DNA of 64,000 nt from Carcharhinus amblyrhynchos (lineage: Eukaryota), in assembly GCA_965287045.1 (NCBI GenBank), contig OZ336878.1, positions 104,098,001 through 104,162,000 of the forward strand. The letters are read 5' to 3'. Both the position numbers and the translations under genes were made by a program. How positions within the stretch are numbered: position 1 is the first letter of the stretch; each line of letters begins with the position of its first letter. The notes below the pieces were generated by a model. The model made no database searches. It saw nothing but the letters and a program-made list of their open reading frames with translations, and was not told the DNA's origin. This document shows positions 12,601 to 26,600 of the stretch, in pieces.

Positions 12601-15600
12601 AGCTGTGTCGTTTTGAAATGCATTGAGAGCAGTACAGCGAAGGTCAACTCCTCTGATTTCAGGGATGAGGGTGTTATCTAATGAACAATGTTCGGAGAAA
12701 TGGCGCTGTGAGCTTAGGAAAAAAATGATCCTATAGAAAAAGTTCTGGGGCAATCTATAAAGGTTATCTGGTTAAAACAGGAAAATGGCATCGTAATCAC
12801 CATAATATTTTTCAGGGTCGTAGTGGAGCGGTTAAATAGTCCTAATTTGCCCCTATTTCACATCTCGCATGTTAGCAGCTGGTTGTTTATTCCGGAAATG
12901 TCGATTGCAGTCCAGTAAAAAGGCCTTGGAGCTACAAAGTCTTCCACGAGTTGAGAAGAACTTGACAGATAAATGATCGAAATAAATAGGCAAAGCCATG
13001 GCGTTGGTACAGAAACAAGCTAACCACCAGCATTTGATGCCAGCAGCATGTATTGTCAGATATATGCCCTGACCTGTTCCGAAACAGTGACTTTTTAAGG
13101 CTTGAAATTCTGTAAAAAAAAAAGCAGGAGTATGAAGGCAAAAAATTACATTTCTTTTTGTACTTCCTGGATGTACAAAACACAAAAATCATCAACTGGA
13201 ATTAACAACGTATGCAAATAAAGCGACGACTTCTTGCCAAAGAGTCCATTATTCTGAAGCGCGGGGGCCTCTCTTAACATGTAATGCATTTTATCTTGAT
13301 GCAGTGAGTTTCAAAAAGGCGTCATTAGCCAATATATTATGAAATATCTGTCAATACCTTGAGAGATTGGACGTAAACACACTACTATCCGTGAAGTTAG
13401 TGTTTCTAAAATTATATAAAAAAACTTATAGAACGTTAAGAGTTATAAAATTGGACGGTCTGCTCAAGAAGGTGGTGTTTTGCTATGCTTCGAGAGTTAA
13501 AAGAAATGCAGTTGCATGCTGAACACAGATTGAAACATTATCACGTGAACCTAGGCAGTGGTGCAACCAAGACAACAGGTTGTTTTTGAAGTTTGTCCAA
13601 TTAGTTTAAACTAGGAATTTGATTAGCAGCAGCCTATCAGATTCGAATTGATGTTTTGCAAAGCGCATGGCCTTTGCTATTCTGATCTTCAGACAGTCCT
13701 GACTCTCAAGCCAATTCGGAATTAAAGATCGACTTTGCAAACCATACTGGGAGTTCACACATCGCTTTGTTAAGAAATGGATCACGAATAAAAAGAAACT
13801 ATAGAATTTCAGCCAGGCTGTCTTTCTGTTCCCCCCGAACAAAAAGGAAAATCGAAAGTGAACTTATGCAAGACAGACATGAATCAATCCTACACACCTC
13901 CCCTTGTATCAAGGTTGTTTCCATCATCAAAACGGAGCAGGATGAACCTGAAGCGTGGGCTAACAACGGAGGATGCAAAATCAACAGCTCCGGTTGTTTG
14001 AAATAAAATGTATTTGATCTTTTGGAGGTAAGGTGAAGATGAAACCAGTTTGCAAACTGTTTTTAAAGTTCAGGAAGAACCTGCTTGTTGACCTAGAAAT
14101 TTCACAGGAAGCCACCAAACTTGCTGTAATCCATAGAACAGCCAAAAAAGTATACAATAGTAGTCACAAAGTAGAAGATCCTGAAAGAGAGAAGGCCTCC
14201 TCCCAGTATTTCCAACTTCGAGTCCAATTGAGAAACAAATTACTGGAAAATTGACAAAAAGGAAGCTCATAGCTTCATGAAAATTATTCAGTTTACAAAA
14301 CCTTTGCGTGAACTAAAGCTTCACCTTCCCCCAATAAGCTCCAGGCTTAACATGAGACACACAGAGGCAATCCTGAGCTGAAACAATATTTTACCATTAT
14401 ATGTACCTAACTGTTGTGCATTGAAGTGTCAAATTATTCTTAAGTAATGGGTGGACACAAATATTCTTTACATTTAAACTCACGAGAAGCTTGCTTTTTG
14501 AACTACTTAATTGGGACACTCACTCTGAGAGGCGATAAATCACGCCCCCTGCATAGCAAAATGCTAATCAATCAAGTTAAAAAAGTTCAGCCTATCTTAT
14601 GTGCAAGTCTTGAAAACAATGATGGAATCCATCTCTTTTGCACTATACACACACACGCACGCACGCGCACACACACGCACACACACACGCATATAAAGAT
14701 GCATTTATTTCACAGCTTTAAAAATCGACACACAATAATTTCAAAAATCTCCTCACATATTCTTAGAAACTGAAGATATAACATTATGTTTTGCTTTCTG
14801 ATCACTTTGGATACTTAGTGATGCTAGGTTGATTTTAAAATTCCTGTCCAGAAAATAATTCAAATGGATAACCTTCATCCGGATGTGGAGCTCACAGAAT
14901 ATTTTGGGTTTGTTTCTTGGAATAGCAGGTGCTGCAGCCATTGAGAGAACAGTCTATCCTTTACTCGGCGTGGCCCAACAAGGCAGGATTAATTCATTAT
15001 TTCGTGGGGAAGGAACACCTTGGTAGCAGCGATCATAATATGATGCCAATTTACCGTTGGTTTGAGGAAGTGGATGATGGCCCCTTGACTAGTATTTGCA
15101 ACTTATGGAGGGACTTTAAAGAAGGCCACACTTCAGTGAATTGGCAAATGAATCGGTCAATAGACATGCAGTGATCACAATTTCAATGGGTGCTGGAGAA
15201 TACACAATTTAAGGGCATTGCAATAATCAGCAAAAGATTCAAGACGATGATGAGCCATTCGTGGTTAAATTAAAATGCTCTATATAAAGTAAAACTTAAA
15301 GGAAACTTTTTTTTACTTATAAAAGGCTGCTTGCAGGTCGGAACCATGGAACCACGACACCATAGAATCCCTACAGTGCAGAGAGAGACTTTTGGCCCAT
15401 CGAAATCACACCAAATCTCTGAAAGAGCATCCCACCAAATCCCTCCCTTCCGTCCTATGCCTGCAGCCCTGCACTTTGTACCATAGCCAACCCATCTTTG
15501 TATCGTAGCCAACCGTACAAATCCTTGGATACCAACGATCAATTTGCATAGTCAATCCACCTAAACTGCACATCTTTGAAATTTGGGAGGAAACGGGAGC

Positions 15601-18600
15601 GCCCAGGGAAAACCCACCCAGACACTGGTTTAATGTGAAATCTTAATTCCGTGAGTCAGCGAAGTACAGAATTGAAGTCGCGTCGCTGGCGCTGTGAGGC
15701 AGCAGTGCCAAACACTCTCCACAGTGCCGCCGGAAGATAGTGTGGAATATAAAGAACAGCAAAAAATGGCTAACAGAGATAGAGGAACATAATCGTACGA
15801 GAGGAAGCGAGGTGAAAATATAAGCTTCCAAGGATATTTATACAAACATGGTGAGCGTCGTTTCTATATAAATTTAGCCGAGGGAATTAATAGAAAAAAG
15901 GGAGATCACAGAAGAATTGATCGAGTGTTTTACATTAGCCTTCACTATATAAGGTAAAAAAAACACTCCGGAAATAACTGCAAGCCAGGAATTGGAAGGG
16001 AAGAACTCAAAAAGAAAGGAAGTTTTACTTAACTTTTTTTTGGATCGACGGGCTTGTAAATCATTTGGTTCCGATTAACTTTGTTCTAGTGTCGTACAGT
16101 CAATGGCTACTGCGATATTTGATGCATTGGCTTTATTTTCCCACAGTGCTCTAGGTTCGGGGAAGGCTTCATTAGTTTCGAAAATACTTAATGCAACCCC
16201 TTTACTCAAAACGGGAAGGAAACAGAAACAGGAAGTTTCAGCCCAATTAGTCTAACATTTGTCATTTGTAAAGTTTCAGATGTAATATTAAATTGCGGAA
16301 CAAATCAATAAATTCAAGGCAGTCAGGGAGTGGATTTCTTTGACTTGTGCGGTGATAAACAATGTACGGTACTTGGAAGTGATTTTGTTTCATTGAAGCA
16401 AACTAATAAAGTGATGGGTATGATTTTTAATTTTTTTTAACGTTCTATTAATGTAACTACTCGGTTTCACAAAATGTAAGGCATGTGTTTTTCATGTGTT
16501 GTTTTGTCTCACTTTATATATTGATACACTTAAGTTAAACGGGAAAGTTTTTTCTTTAGAGTTTATGTAAACAGGAGAATGTTTGATCATCTATTCATTT
16601 ATCTTCACTTCCGATTTACATTTCAATTAAATTCAATGCAAAGAAAGGTCAAGAGAACGGCATAAGTGACTATTAAGCTCTAGCTCGCATTTTGCCTTCT
16701 CGACAGAAGCAGATCAATGTTGGACTATACATGCATGGCGGCCTCTGCGGCAAATGGGAGCCACGGAGCTTTGCCAGGTTTGTCTACTGTCTGTGGCATG
16801 AAACCATTTAGTTACTTGTCTTGAAGTATGTTTCCACTGAACGCCTTTGAATTACTTGGGGAGTTAACTTGTGCTACGCAAATACAGAAATAGTTCAGAT
16901 TTTAACTCGGAACTCTTGTTATGCCAGTAGATTACGCAATTGTCGGCGAAGATTTGACCTGAGTAGCTGTGCTGGAACAGGTTGGCCTCTCTTTATAGAG
17001 AAAGTGACACCACTCTACTGAAAACATATCTGGAAATACATTTCATAGGAATTTGCTTGTATCAATCAAGGCGCTCATCCTGTTCACAGAACCAACCGAA
17101 AATTGTAGAAGTTGAGGTAATAAATAGATTTTTACCTTTTTCTTTCTCACGCACAATATCCGCTGCATGAAAGTAAACGTAAATTAGCGACATTAATGGG
17201 AACAATATACATAGAAGCTCCCATTTTCACAGAAAGTTTTCTGCATGACATATTCAAAGAACTGTCTCAGAAGAAACAGCTTGCATTCCTCGTCTCAGTT
17301 GTATGAATTCAGTCTGGTGTCTTAACTCTCTCTTTGAGCATCAGAAGTGATGTAATTTGCAAGATAAATTAACTGATATAGATTTGTAGGCTCGGATTAG
17401 TGACCAGATAACACGGCGTAATGGGGGAAAACAAGTGTAGTCACCTTTGAAGTTTACTCTTGGGAATAAGGGACAAATCATTTTCTAAATATATTGTTAG
17501 AAGTGAAAAATGTTTTCGAATCCTCATGTAACAAGCAGCTACAAAGTTGGAAAAATGGAAGCTGCAATCACGCAGCATGATTGCGGGATTATTCAAGATT
17601 TTGACATAAAATTGCTTTGCCAAGAACGGGTGGAAGCATCAAATCATTTCTAAATTGCATTGCAAAAACTAACCTCTGATTCAAAAGCCTTTACCTTGTA
17701 TCAATTTTTGTAAATAAGACTGATGGCTATGGGTATCCTCATCGGCTCCAGTGGTGCCTGACGGTTCGTGGGAAATGTGGAATATTCAGATCCTATTCCG
17801 GCTCCTTCGCACGATACTTTTTTTTCGTTACAACGATGAGTGTATCCCTGCCGCTTCGTGGTCTCGTCTGGACCTGACAGATTTATTTACTTTGTTTACA
17901 ATTTTCATCCCACTCACACCTTTACATAGTCCATCTCTGATACTTTCGTTCCCTTTCATGACCTTTCTGTCTTTATTTCCGGTGACAGACTGAGAACGAA
18001 TATTCATTGCAAGCCTAACCATTCCCACAGTTTCTTAGACGGCCTCTCCTCAGAACCCGTTTCCACTAAGATCTGGATCTCATTGTCCAGTTTTTTTCCC
18101 TTCTGGCGCATGTGTTCCGATGATAGTCGTTCCAAAACACCATTTCTGACATGCTGGAGATTTTCCTGAACCAAGCCCCACCCACACCACCCAACTATTG
18201 TTGACAGAGCTCAATATATCTGACTCATTCTTTGCTGTCATCTATTCAGATCCCTTCCAAACACATGATATGGCTCCGTTGTCCTCACCTCACCTTTTAT
18301 CATACCTACCTGTGAATTGAAAGGATCGTCCTCCGCCATTCTCACCAACTGCGAATTTTTTCCACTGCCATTCTCACCAACTGCAATTTTCTTTCACCGC
18401 CAAACAAATCTTGCCATCATTCCCAGTCAGCATTGCACCAGAACCATTCCCTCCATCAACAGAATTTTTCCCATGCCGACTTTCTATGTAATTGAAGAAG
18501 GAGAAACAACTGCCTCTTATCTTCTCTGTCCTCGGTGTCCATGGGAGCAACCACTCCTTAAGGATAAAGCAACATTTCACTTGTAGCGTCTTAAATCTAG

Positions 18601-20598
18601 TCTACTGCATTCGCTGCCTCCAATGCAGCCTCCTCTACATTACTAAGTGCTTTATGGAATATTAAAACTCGGTCCGTTTGCATGGCCGCGAACTTCCTGT
18701 TGCTTGCCATTTAAACGCACCATCTTGTTTCGTTTCCAACATATCCTTGCTTGACGTAGTGCAATGTTCAAATGAACATAAATGGAGGAACGCTTAAACA
18801 TCTGACTGGGCACTTTACAGCCTTCTGGACTCCCCATTGAGTTATGCGACTTCAATCATGAGTTCTGTATTCCATCTTGGCCTCCTTTGGGCATCTAAGA
18901 CTTGATTTAAAGTTTTGCTTAATCCATTCAGCTACCTTACCTTTATGCCTGATTCAGCACCTTCTTTAATCTTCAACACTTTCAGGAATTCGTCGTTTGC
19001 ATTTCGTCCATAATATATTTGTCCAATCTCGTGGAGTCAGAGAATTGTACAACACAAAAGTAAGGTGTTTGGTGCATTGTGTCTGGGCTGACCACCTGCA
19101 CCTATCTATTGGAATCCTATTTTCCAGTACCTACTTCGTAGGTTTGAATACTATGGCGTTGGAAGTGCTCGTCAAACTTCTTCTTAAAGGTTGTGGGGTT
19201 CCAAATTTCACTGTCTTTTCTTCTAGGGCTTTTCAGATTCTCAACCAGCTCTAAATGAAAAATACTTTCCTCAAATTCCCTCTAAAGCCCCAGATCATTA
19301 CTTTAAATAAATGCTCTTTGTTATTAACCCCTCTATTAAGAGGAAAATTTCCTCCCTATCTTCCCTCCCGATATCCCTCATAATCTTGTACACCTCGAAC
19401 ATCTCCCTTTTAGTCTTCATTGCTCTCAAGAAAACAACTACAGCCTAGCCAGCCCACTTCTTTATAGCTCAAACGCTCCAGCTCAGAATTTCCTCTGCGT
19501 CCTCTTTAGTGAAATCGGATCTTTCCTATGATATGGCGACCAGAACCACAGATAATAATCTAGCTGTGGCCTCAGGAACGTTTTCTACAAATCCATCATA
19601 ATTTCCCCGCTCTTATAGTATATTATTCGATTAATAAGGGCACGTATCCCGCAATCTCGTCCGTTGTCTCATACAACAGTATAGGATATAACTTACCAGG
19701 GCCTGGGGATTTATCGACTTTTAAGTAAACAATGATACGAGATTCAACTCAGATTGCTTCAGGGAAATAACGTGCTGTTTAATTCTAAGTCAAACGAGAA
19801 GGTATTCTAAATTAATTGCCTCACCAGCATGATGTAGTTGTTCGAGCAGCTTTTCTATTTCTAGCAACAGAGAATGACAAGAAGTCAGTTTGTTTTAGTC
19901 ACGAACTGAGCACATTGTGGCATCGCAATTGAAAGTTATCGATAAAATGAAACACATTGGTTATTAATTGATTGTCGGCAGATGTGTAAAGTGAGGGCTG
20001 TCAATTTTTTGCAACCGCGAAAGAAATCCGGCGGACGGGAACGTTGTGGTCAACTTGCTCTTGACGGTTTGTGTGTCCACTGACGCGAAATTGATACTCA
20101 ATCATGTTGACTGTTTGGAGTATCGATATACTGCGGGGTCATTCAAGATTAAAACATATTGCCGAGGCACCGCCTTCACGGATACCGATTGATATTCATC
20201 CCACAGATTTCATAGAAGTCAAACGTTTCATTTAAATTAAAATTTAATTGTATGGTCACTGCAACTGGACTGAAGATAATCCCGAATGTGGTAACATTAG
20301 AGTAACAGTGGGGGTTCTGATGAAAACATATAATACGTGGGCAGCCCGTTGGTCATGATCGATTTTGCGTCCAATTGATGTTAGTAGTGGAAAGGTCTGA
20401 CGTGGCATTCAGCGGCCAACTCCATCACAAACATTAAACTTAGTTCTACAGGTACTTTGTTTGATTGGCCAGTTTAACGTCTTGACTTTCACTTAGCCAC
20501 TTATTTCAATTCAAAGTTGCGGGGAGTCGGAGCCGACCCCGACGGGAATTAGGCAACAGGAAGGGTAAACCCAGGACAGTAGGCCAGTCAATCACGGG

Positions 20599-20641
<43 letters not shown>

Positions 20642-23600
20642 CTCTCTCTCTCTGTATCTCTCTCTCTTTCTCACACACAAACATCTATGGACGCAAAGGG
20701 ACAATATGGCGTGGTCAATCCACCTAACGTTTATATCTTGAGCTGTAGGAAGAAACCAAAGGACCCAGCGAAAATCATATATGGGAAGAGCGTCCAAACT
20801 CCACACGAACAAGATTAACATGTGATTCATATTTCATCTGTCAAATCCGCCACGTTTCAACATGCAGAAAAACTGACAATAAATTATCAAACACAAAGTA
20901 CCCGAAATTCCCAAGGATCAGGTGGAATTTGAAAAAAAAACAAGCTAACGAAGGTCTCGATCTTTCTGACGCCGAACTGTTCGTAAACATTGCTCGCAAT
21001 ACTGAGCAGCGCTCCAAAAGCTCATGATACCAAATAAGGTTGTTGGACTTTAATCTGGTGCTGTGAGACTTCTTAGTGTGCCCACTCTAGTCCAACGCCG
21101 GCATCTCCACATCATCGCAGTGTTGATCACAGGAACGGCAAATTGCCTGCCAATTTTACTGGCGCAACCAGAAATTAGGCGTTACCGGAATTTTCATGTT
21201 GAGACGTGCTGACGTGGCAGGCACCCAACACGTTTACTAGAAAAAGTGAAGACAGATCCAGTTCAGTAAAAGTAAATTTAGAATGCTAAGGCAGAATTGC
21301 TGTCAAGCCCCCTTTCCGGCATTGAAAGCTAACATTATTATCAGAGTTGAATTTCCTTCCTTCAGATTTTAATAGTTGTAGAAAATGAAAAAAATGTGCA
21401 AAGTATTTCATGTTTTTGACCTTTACTTTCTTCTTTGGTCATGTCTCTCTCTTGTTTCCTCCTCGATATTATTCAGACTGTACATAACTTGCTATTGATT
21501 TGAACATTTTAAATTAGTTAACTCAATAACAAATTTTCAATCTGGTTAATTCAGGAGATTTAGGCCAGGATATTTCTAATGGTGGGTTTCACTTCCCGCC
21601 TTTCGAACAGACAGCGGGGAGCACATCTCACCCATTCTGCCTGCCTGCCTGCAAGTCATTTTAGTCTCGAATGGGCGTCGTCAAGCTGCAGAAGGTATTT
21701 TCGCCCTTCGCTCGGGGATTAGTCGCCGTCTTGGCCAACAGCTCTCCAATCCGAGTGCAGTCCTGGAACTGAACAGAAAGGTGAAGAATGGTGGAGGTGG
21801 ATATGGGCGATTGGAGGAGAGGATTGGGGTGGATAGAGGGAGGCTGAGCTGACACGGGACCTCAAGGGAGATGGGGGTGGAAGAGAAAGGGTGTCCGAAA
21901 TTATAGGGCGTCTTATCACGAAGGCACCGATCTCACCCCCTTCACGCTAGAGGCCAAGGCCTGATCATTTTCCGTGCCGACACTTGAGCAACCCTCCCGC
22001 TAGCCGCGAAACTGTCATAGGACGGGAAAGGGCCTTCAAGTGGCCAATAATTAACTGCATAAGGCCTGCAATTTGGCAAAGGCAAAGGTGTGCCTGTGCA
22101 ACCGCATAATCGTTGCCGGATGTGCGTGACCTGGAACTCGTTTCTCAAGGGAAGTCCGTTTATTCTATTTCATACTCCTTTCCTCTCTGTTCGCCTAAAA
22201 ACGCACCAGCGGGCGAGAGTGAGCTCCTTGCACATTTTACACTGGCTCACCTACTTGCAAATGGCGCTGTACTGAATCTAGTACTTAGTTAATGGAAATC
22301 CCACTGCAAATGCAGTGAATAAATTTGCGGGATAGTGTTAGTTTATTCGCTGACCTGTTTTGATCATTCACCATTGATGAAGATGCTAGTCCTAACAAGT
22401 AAATAAAGCCTTGCTTCCATATAATATGACGTCTAATTTAAGTCGTGCAACAGCAGAAACCTGCAATTGCCCAATTATCGCATAATATAATTTATTAGAT
22501 ACACGGAAGGACAGAAAGTTAGATTGCTACAAAAGTTAAAATTACGCTGAAAAGATATTGGTTATAATACTCATTTTTTTATTTGGACTTACCATGCTAC
22601 AACTTGTAGCATGATTCCGTATCCTAGTTACAAGTTAACCTGACTCAAACTCAAATATGCCATCTGAACAATGAACGGTTGAGTTACCTGTATGTCAACA
22701 TTTGCAAGAAATGGCCAAGTTCAACGCATGTGACGAGTAAAGGATGCGTTGGTGTTTGACAAATAAGTCAAAAAGAAATTGATATGCAAAATATAAGGGA
22801 TTACAATGTAATACTCACTTGTATCTCTCTCACTTACCGATATCTTTTAAAAGCAGTTGTCTCACTGAAATACAAGTCGTCAAATCAATTTTAGAATTCG
22901 ACAAATAAAGCAGAATATAAATGTACGATCGAATATTTATAGAATGGGCATCCAGGTTGCAATTACAATTACAAAACACGTTATATCCTTAATTCTGATT
23001 GATTAGTTTGGAAAATAGTTTTCAATTAAATTGACGCCCGTTAATTGCCCAGTTGTGTACTAGTTACAAGAACATCTTGTCATGATATCACCAAGGAATG
23101 CTTTATTACAATTCATTAAATGTCAACATGTAACCTCTCATTCCCATGGAGCATATTTTCCTCTTTAGTGATCTAGTGTAAAACAGGCGGAGAGTGGGAA
23201 GGTGGTGGTGTGGGCATGGAGGGTGAAATAATTGAGGGAGGAGGTATAATTTCAATTTGACAGTGTAAATGTTCAGAAGTTTTTGCCCCGCAGTTATAAT
23301 AAAGGAAGAAAATGATTCCCAAGCAAGGATGGGAGGAAACTTCCCTTAGATTTGGTGGAGGGACGAAGGATGTGGGAAGAGTATTTCATTTGATGCGTTA
23401 CTTTTGATCTGAGTTGTGCAATGTTATCACGTTCTAATAACTCTGAAGTTTGAACTGTGTCCCGAATCGAGTCATGTGTCACAGAAAAGGAATGATCTGT
23501 CTATCGAAGTTCAAATGTCTGCATCTGAATGCTATCGGATTTATAACTGTAATTAGCAAAATAAACTTGCAACCACATGTGGACACTATTGATCTGCATA

Positions 23601-26600
23601 GAGCAGGCGGCCAGTGAATGAATCTCTCTATATTCCTATCTTCAAATATGTGGAGAAGCACTGCTCAAGCTTTTCACCTCCAGTGTGTCTGCAGTCGCAC
23701 TGAAAGGTTTCTCGCAACTCTGAGGACACCAGACTTCTAATCCTGACGATTAATACTTGCAGTCCAACTACTTTAAGATGAGTAAGCGATTGAGTATATT
23801 AGTCCTTAAATGAATTGAAATGCTGTCGGCCGAACGGTCATCCGTGTCATTGCATAGTCTCCTCTGTGGCCAAAGTATTTCAACTCTACCCAGCCTCATC
23901 CAAAAAGCAGAAGCGGATGTTGTGGATGATCGGTAAAATTTGACACTGCATGTCATTACGTACTGCAGGCTTGAAGAAGTTTCTTGCATTCTAGGATTTG
24001 AACAAACAGGACAGTAAATATTTACTAATAGACACTTCAATAGCGGTGGGCGAAACAGATGACAGTACAATTTGTGCAACATTTGTGATTGGCTAGAATA
24101 CTTAATAATTCTGAAAAACATAAAATAAAAATTAAACATGCTGAACATGCTCAAGTGACCAGGAAGTACCTGTGGAGAGAAAAACAGAGTTGAAGTTTCA
24201 GATCCGTAGTCTGACCTGAAACTGCATATAATTTGATGCTGGCTGTGGAGCCGGGAAGAAAGGCTGGGTGGGGCATATACTGGATCAGGAAATTGTGGCA
24301 TGGCCACTCCCGTTGCGGTGTCGATTCCTACCAGTGAATTTGAGGCAGGAAGCGAACGGTTTTCTTGCCGGGATGTCAATGCAAACCCTTAGTTAGATAC
24401 TTGAGAGCCTCTTGAGTCATCACCGATATTCAACCAGGAGAGAGTAAGCTTCATTGTCAGGTGAGGTAACTTGCGACCTTCTGATCCTAGGGATATTCCA
24501 TTGTTTTCCTGCAGAATAGAACTAAGTACGTCTCCGGCTGGGTTAGCGTGTTATTATGTGCACAGAATTAACTAAGCTGCCTTCAGATGGGTAGCAAAAG
24601 ATCTTACATTTGTTGTTAGCTTAAATCTTTCCTTATATATTTGATGGTTACATGCATGTGCCAGTAAACACTCATGTTTTTACCAATTACATCTACCCAT
24701 TTCGGGATGTTTACTGAAATACTCTATCGAAGTTACTCAAAAACAACGTGTGGTGCATGCAGAAGGTTAAATGGGTAACTTTAAGAGTCGTCGTTTGACA
24801 TTCAATTCTGAATGTTACATACGAACTAGAAGCAAAATTAGGAAATTCAGCCCCTCGAAACTGATGAATAAAAAAGTAAAGGTTCTGTTAAACCAGGTTT
24901 TACTTCAAAAACGTAAAATGACTGTTTTGTTCTAAAAAAAGCTTCACTTAAATTTTCATGAAAATAATGTAAAACATTTCCTGTAGCATCATTAAATTAT
25001 ATGCGTGTTAACGATACAGAGAAAATTTTCTCCATAAAAATCCACAATAACATGGAATCTGCTGTCGCCATAACACCACCTGACTTCACCCCGAGAAGAC
25101 CATCATACCTCTTACAACAGTAGCAAAATATAGAAGTTTCCGATGAATAGTGGCATAAAGTGTGGCAGCAGATTCGAAATAAGTTTTCATTTTCATACAT
25201 CCAGTTAGCTTTTCCCCTCAAGGCTTGCATTCGGCGAAGGCAAGTATGCCAATATGATGAGGAATTCGACCAATCCTTTCCCTTAAAATGTACTCCCAGT
25301 CCACTTTCGCCATAGATCGCATTTTCTTATTTACACCTTTCTATTGGCTCCCTCTATCACTCAATATCAACAGAGTCTTTCCAATTGTTGCAAGGATAGA
25401 CAGTAGGCCACGATAGATTTTATTTTACCTGAGTACAATTCCTCTGTGGTGGCTGTGAAAAGACAGAGAACACAAAATGAAGCTTCATAATACGTTGCTA
25501 ACGGATTCAGGGCCTTTTTTCACGAATATAGAAATATCTCCGTGAATTCCTCGCAAACTGATGTAAGATCCTATTATGTTAAACACACATGAGGCAGTAC
25601 AACTCGGTCAATGAAGAAAAATTTGATTTTCTTGTCGGGTTAAATAACAAGCTATTGATGCAAATTGAACATGCATACTGATAGCGAGAATGTGTAACAA
25701 TGACCATGTTGCATTTAAAAAAAAACTTATGTTCATCAGAGCAGTGTAACGTACGCGCCAGACGATATACGAACTGCTGAAGTGTCTTGTTCTTGTTTAA
25801 ATCGGAGGAATCGTCTGTGTAAGCAAGACATTATTCCAACCAATACAAATTGCAAGGCGAAGTTACTAACGATACACCAAATGAAAAGTTGAGTTGATAA
25901 ATTAGAAAAATTGGATTGTCATTCGAATTAATAGACACAGTCTCATAAGTCCCAGGTAAGTAAGATATCATTGTGGTGACAATAAGTCGTCAGATTGGCT
26001 GCTTATTATATCGACCTACTGAGCAATAGGATCAAAATAATGTTTGAGGTTTTTTTTCTGTCACGCTTGAACTGTGGGTCCACGTGACAATCAATGCTGG
26101 AAACTGGGTTGGTGAAATAAACACTAGGGCTGGAGAATTCCAGAGATTTCACTGTACCTATGGCCTTGGAGACGGTGTGAAAATTTGGAACGAATTAATT
26201 CGTGTCCACGAATCACCATACCTGGTCGAACACCAACATGCCAGTGTAACCTTTTCATCGAACCTCTCAAATTATCTGGTTTAACACTCGTTCTAAATGA
26301 ATTCTGGAATTTTAGTGCGTGGATCGAATACGATTCAGATATACAATAGTTTGCCAAAGAGTCTTTCTGTTAAATATAGAACAGTGCAATCTCTGCATTA
26401 CCTAGGAATTTCCCTTTTGGTCCTGGAATATAGAATAAATGTAAAAATGTAAAATGTAAAAATGAGAACGTTACGTGTAGCATCTGGACACACATTATCG
26501 TCATGTTCCTTGAACGAACGGGNNNNNNNNNNNNNNNNNNNNNNNNNNNNNNNNNNNNNNNNNNNNNNNNNNNNNNNNNNNNNNNNNNNNNNNNNNNNNN

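Noticed and set aside
14896-14931. 36-nt phase-1 candidate exon (APAIPRNKPKIF)
   Set aside because: Ends in T, so joining to the next chain exon creates TAA. The acceptor is moderate and abuts CR1 debris. It remains possible only as part of a terminating branch.
22592-22612. Palindrome catgctacaa-c-ttgtagcatg
   Set aside because: Only a 10-bp stem; no function can be supported.
23768-24379. 203-aa minus-strand ORF
   Set aside because: Runs through a Penelope fragment, is in a different frame from the 27-nt exon it contains, and has no recognisable domain.
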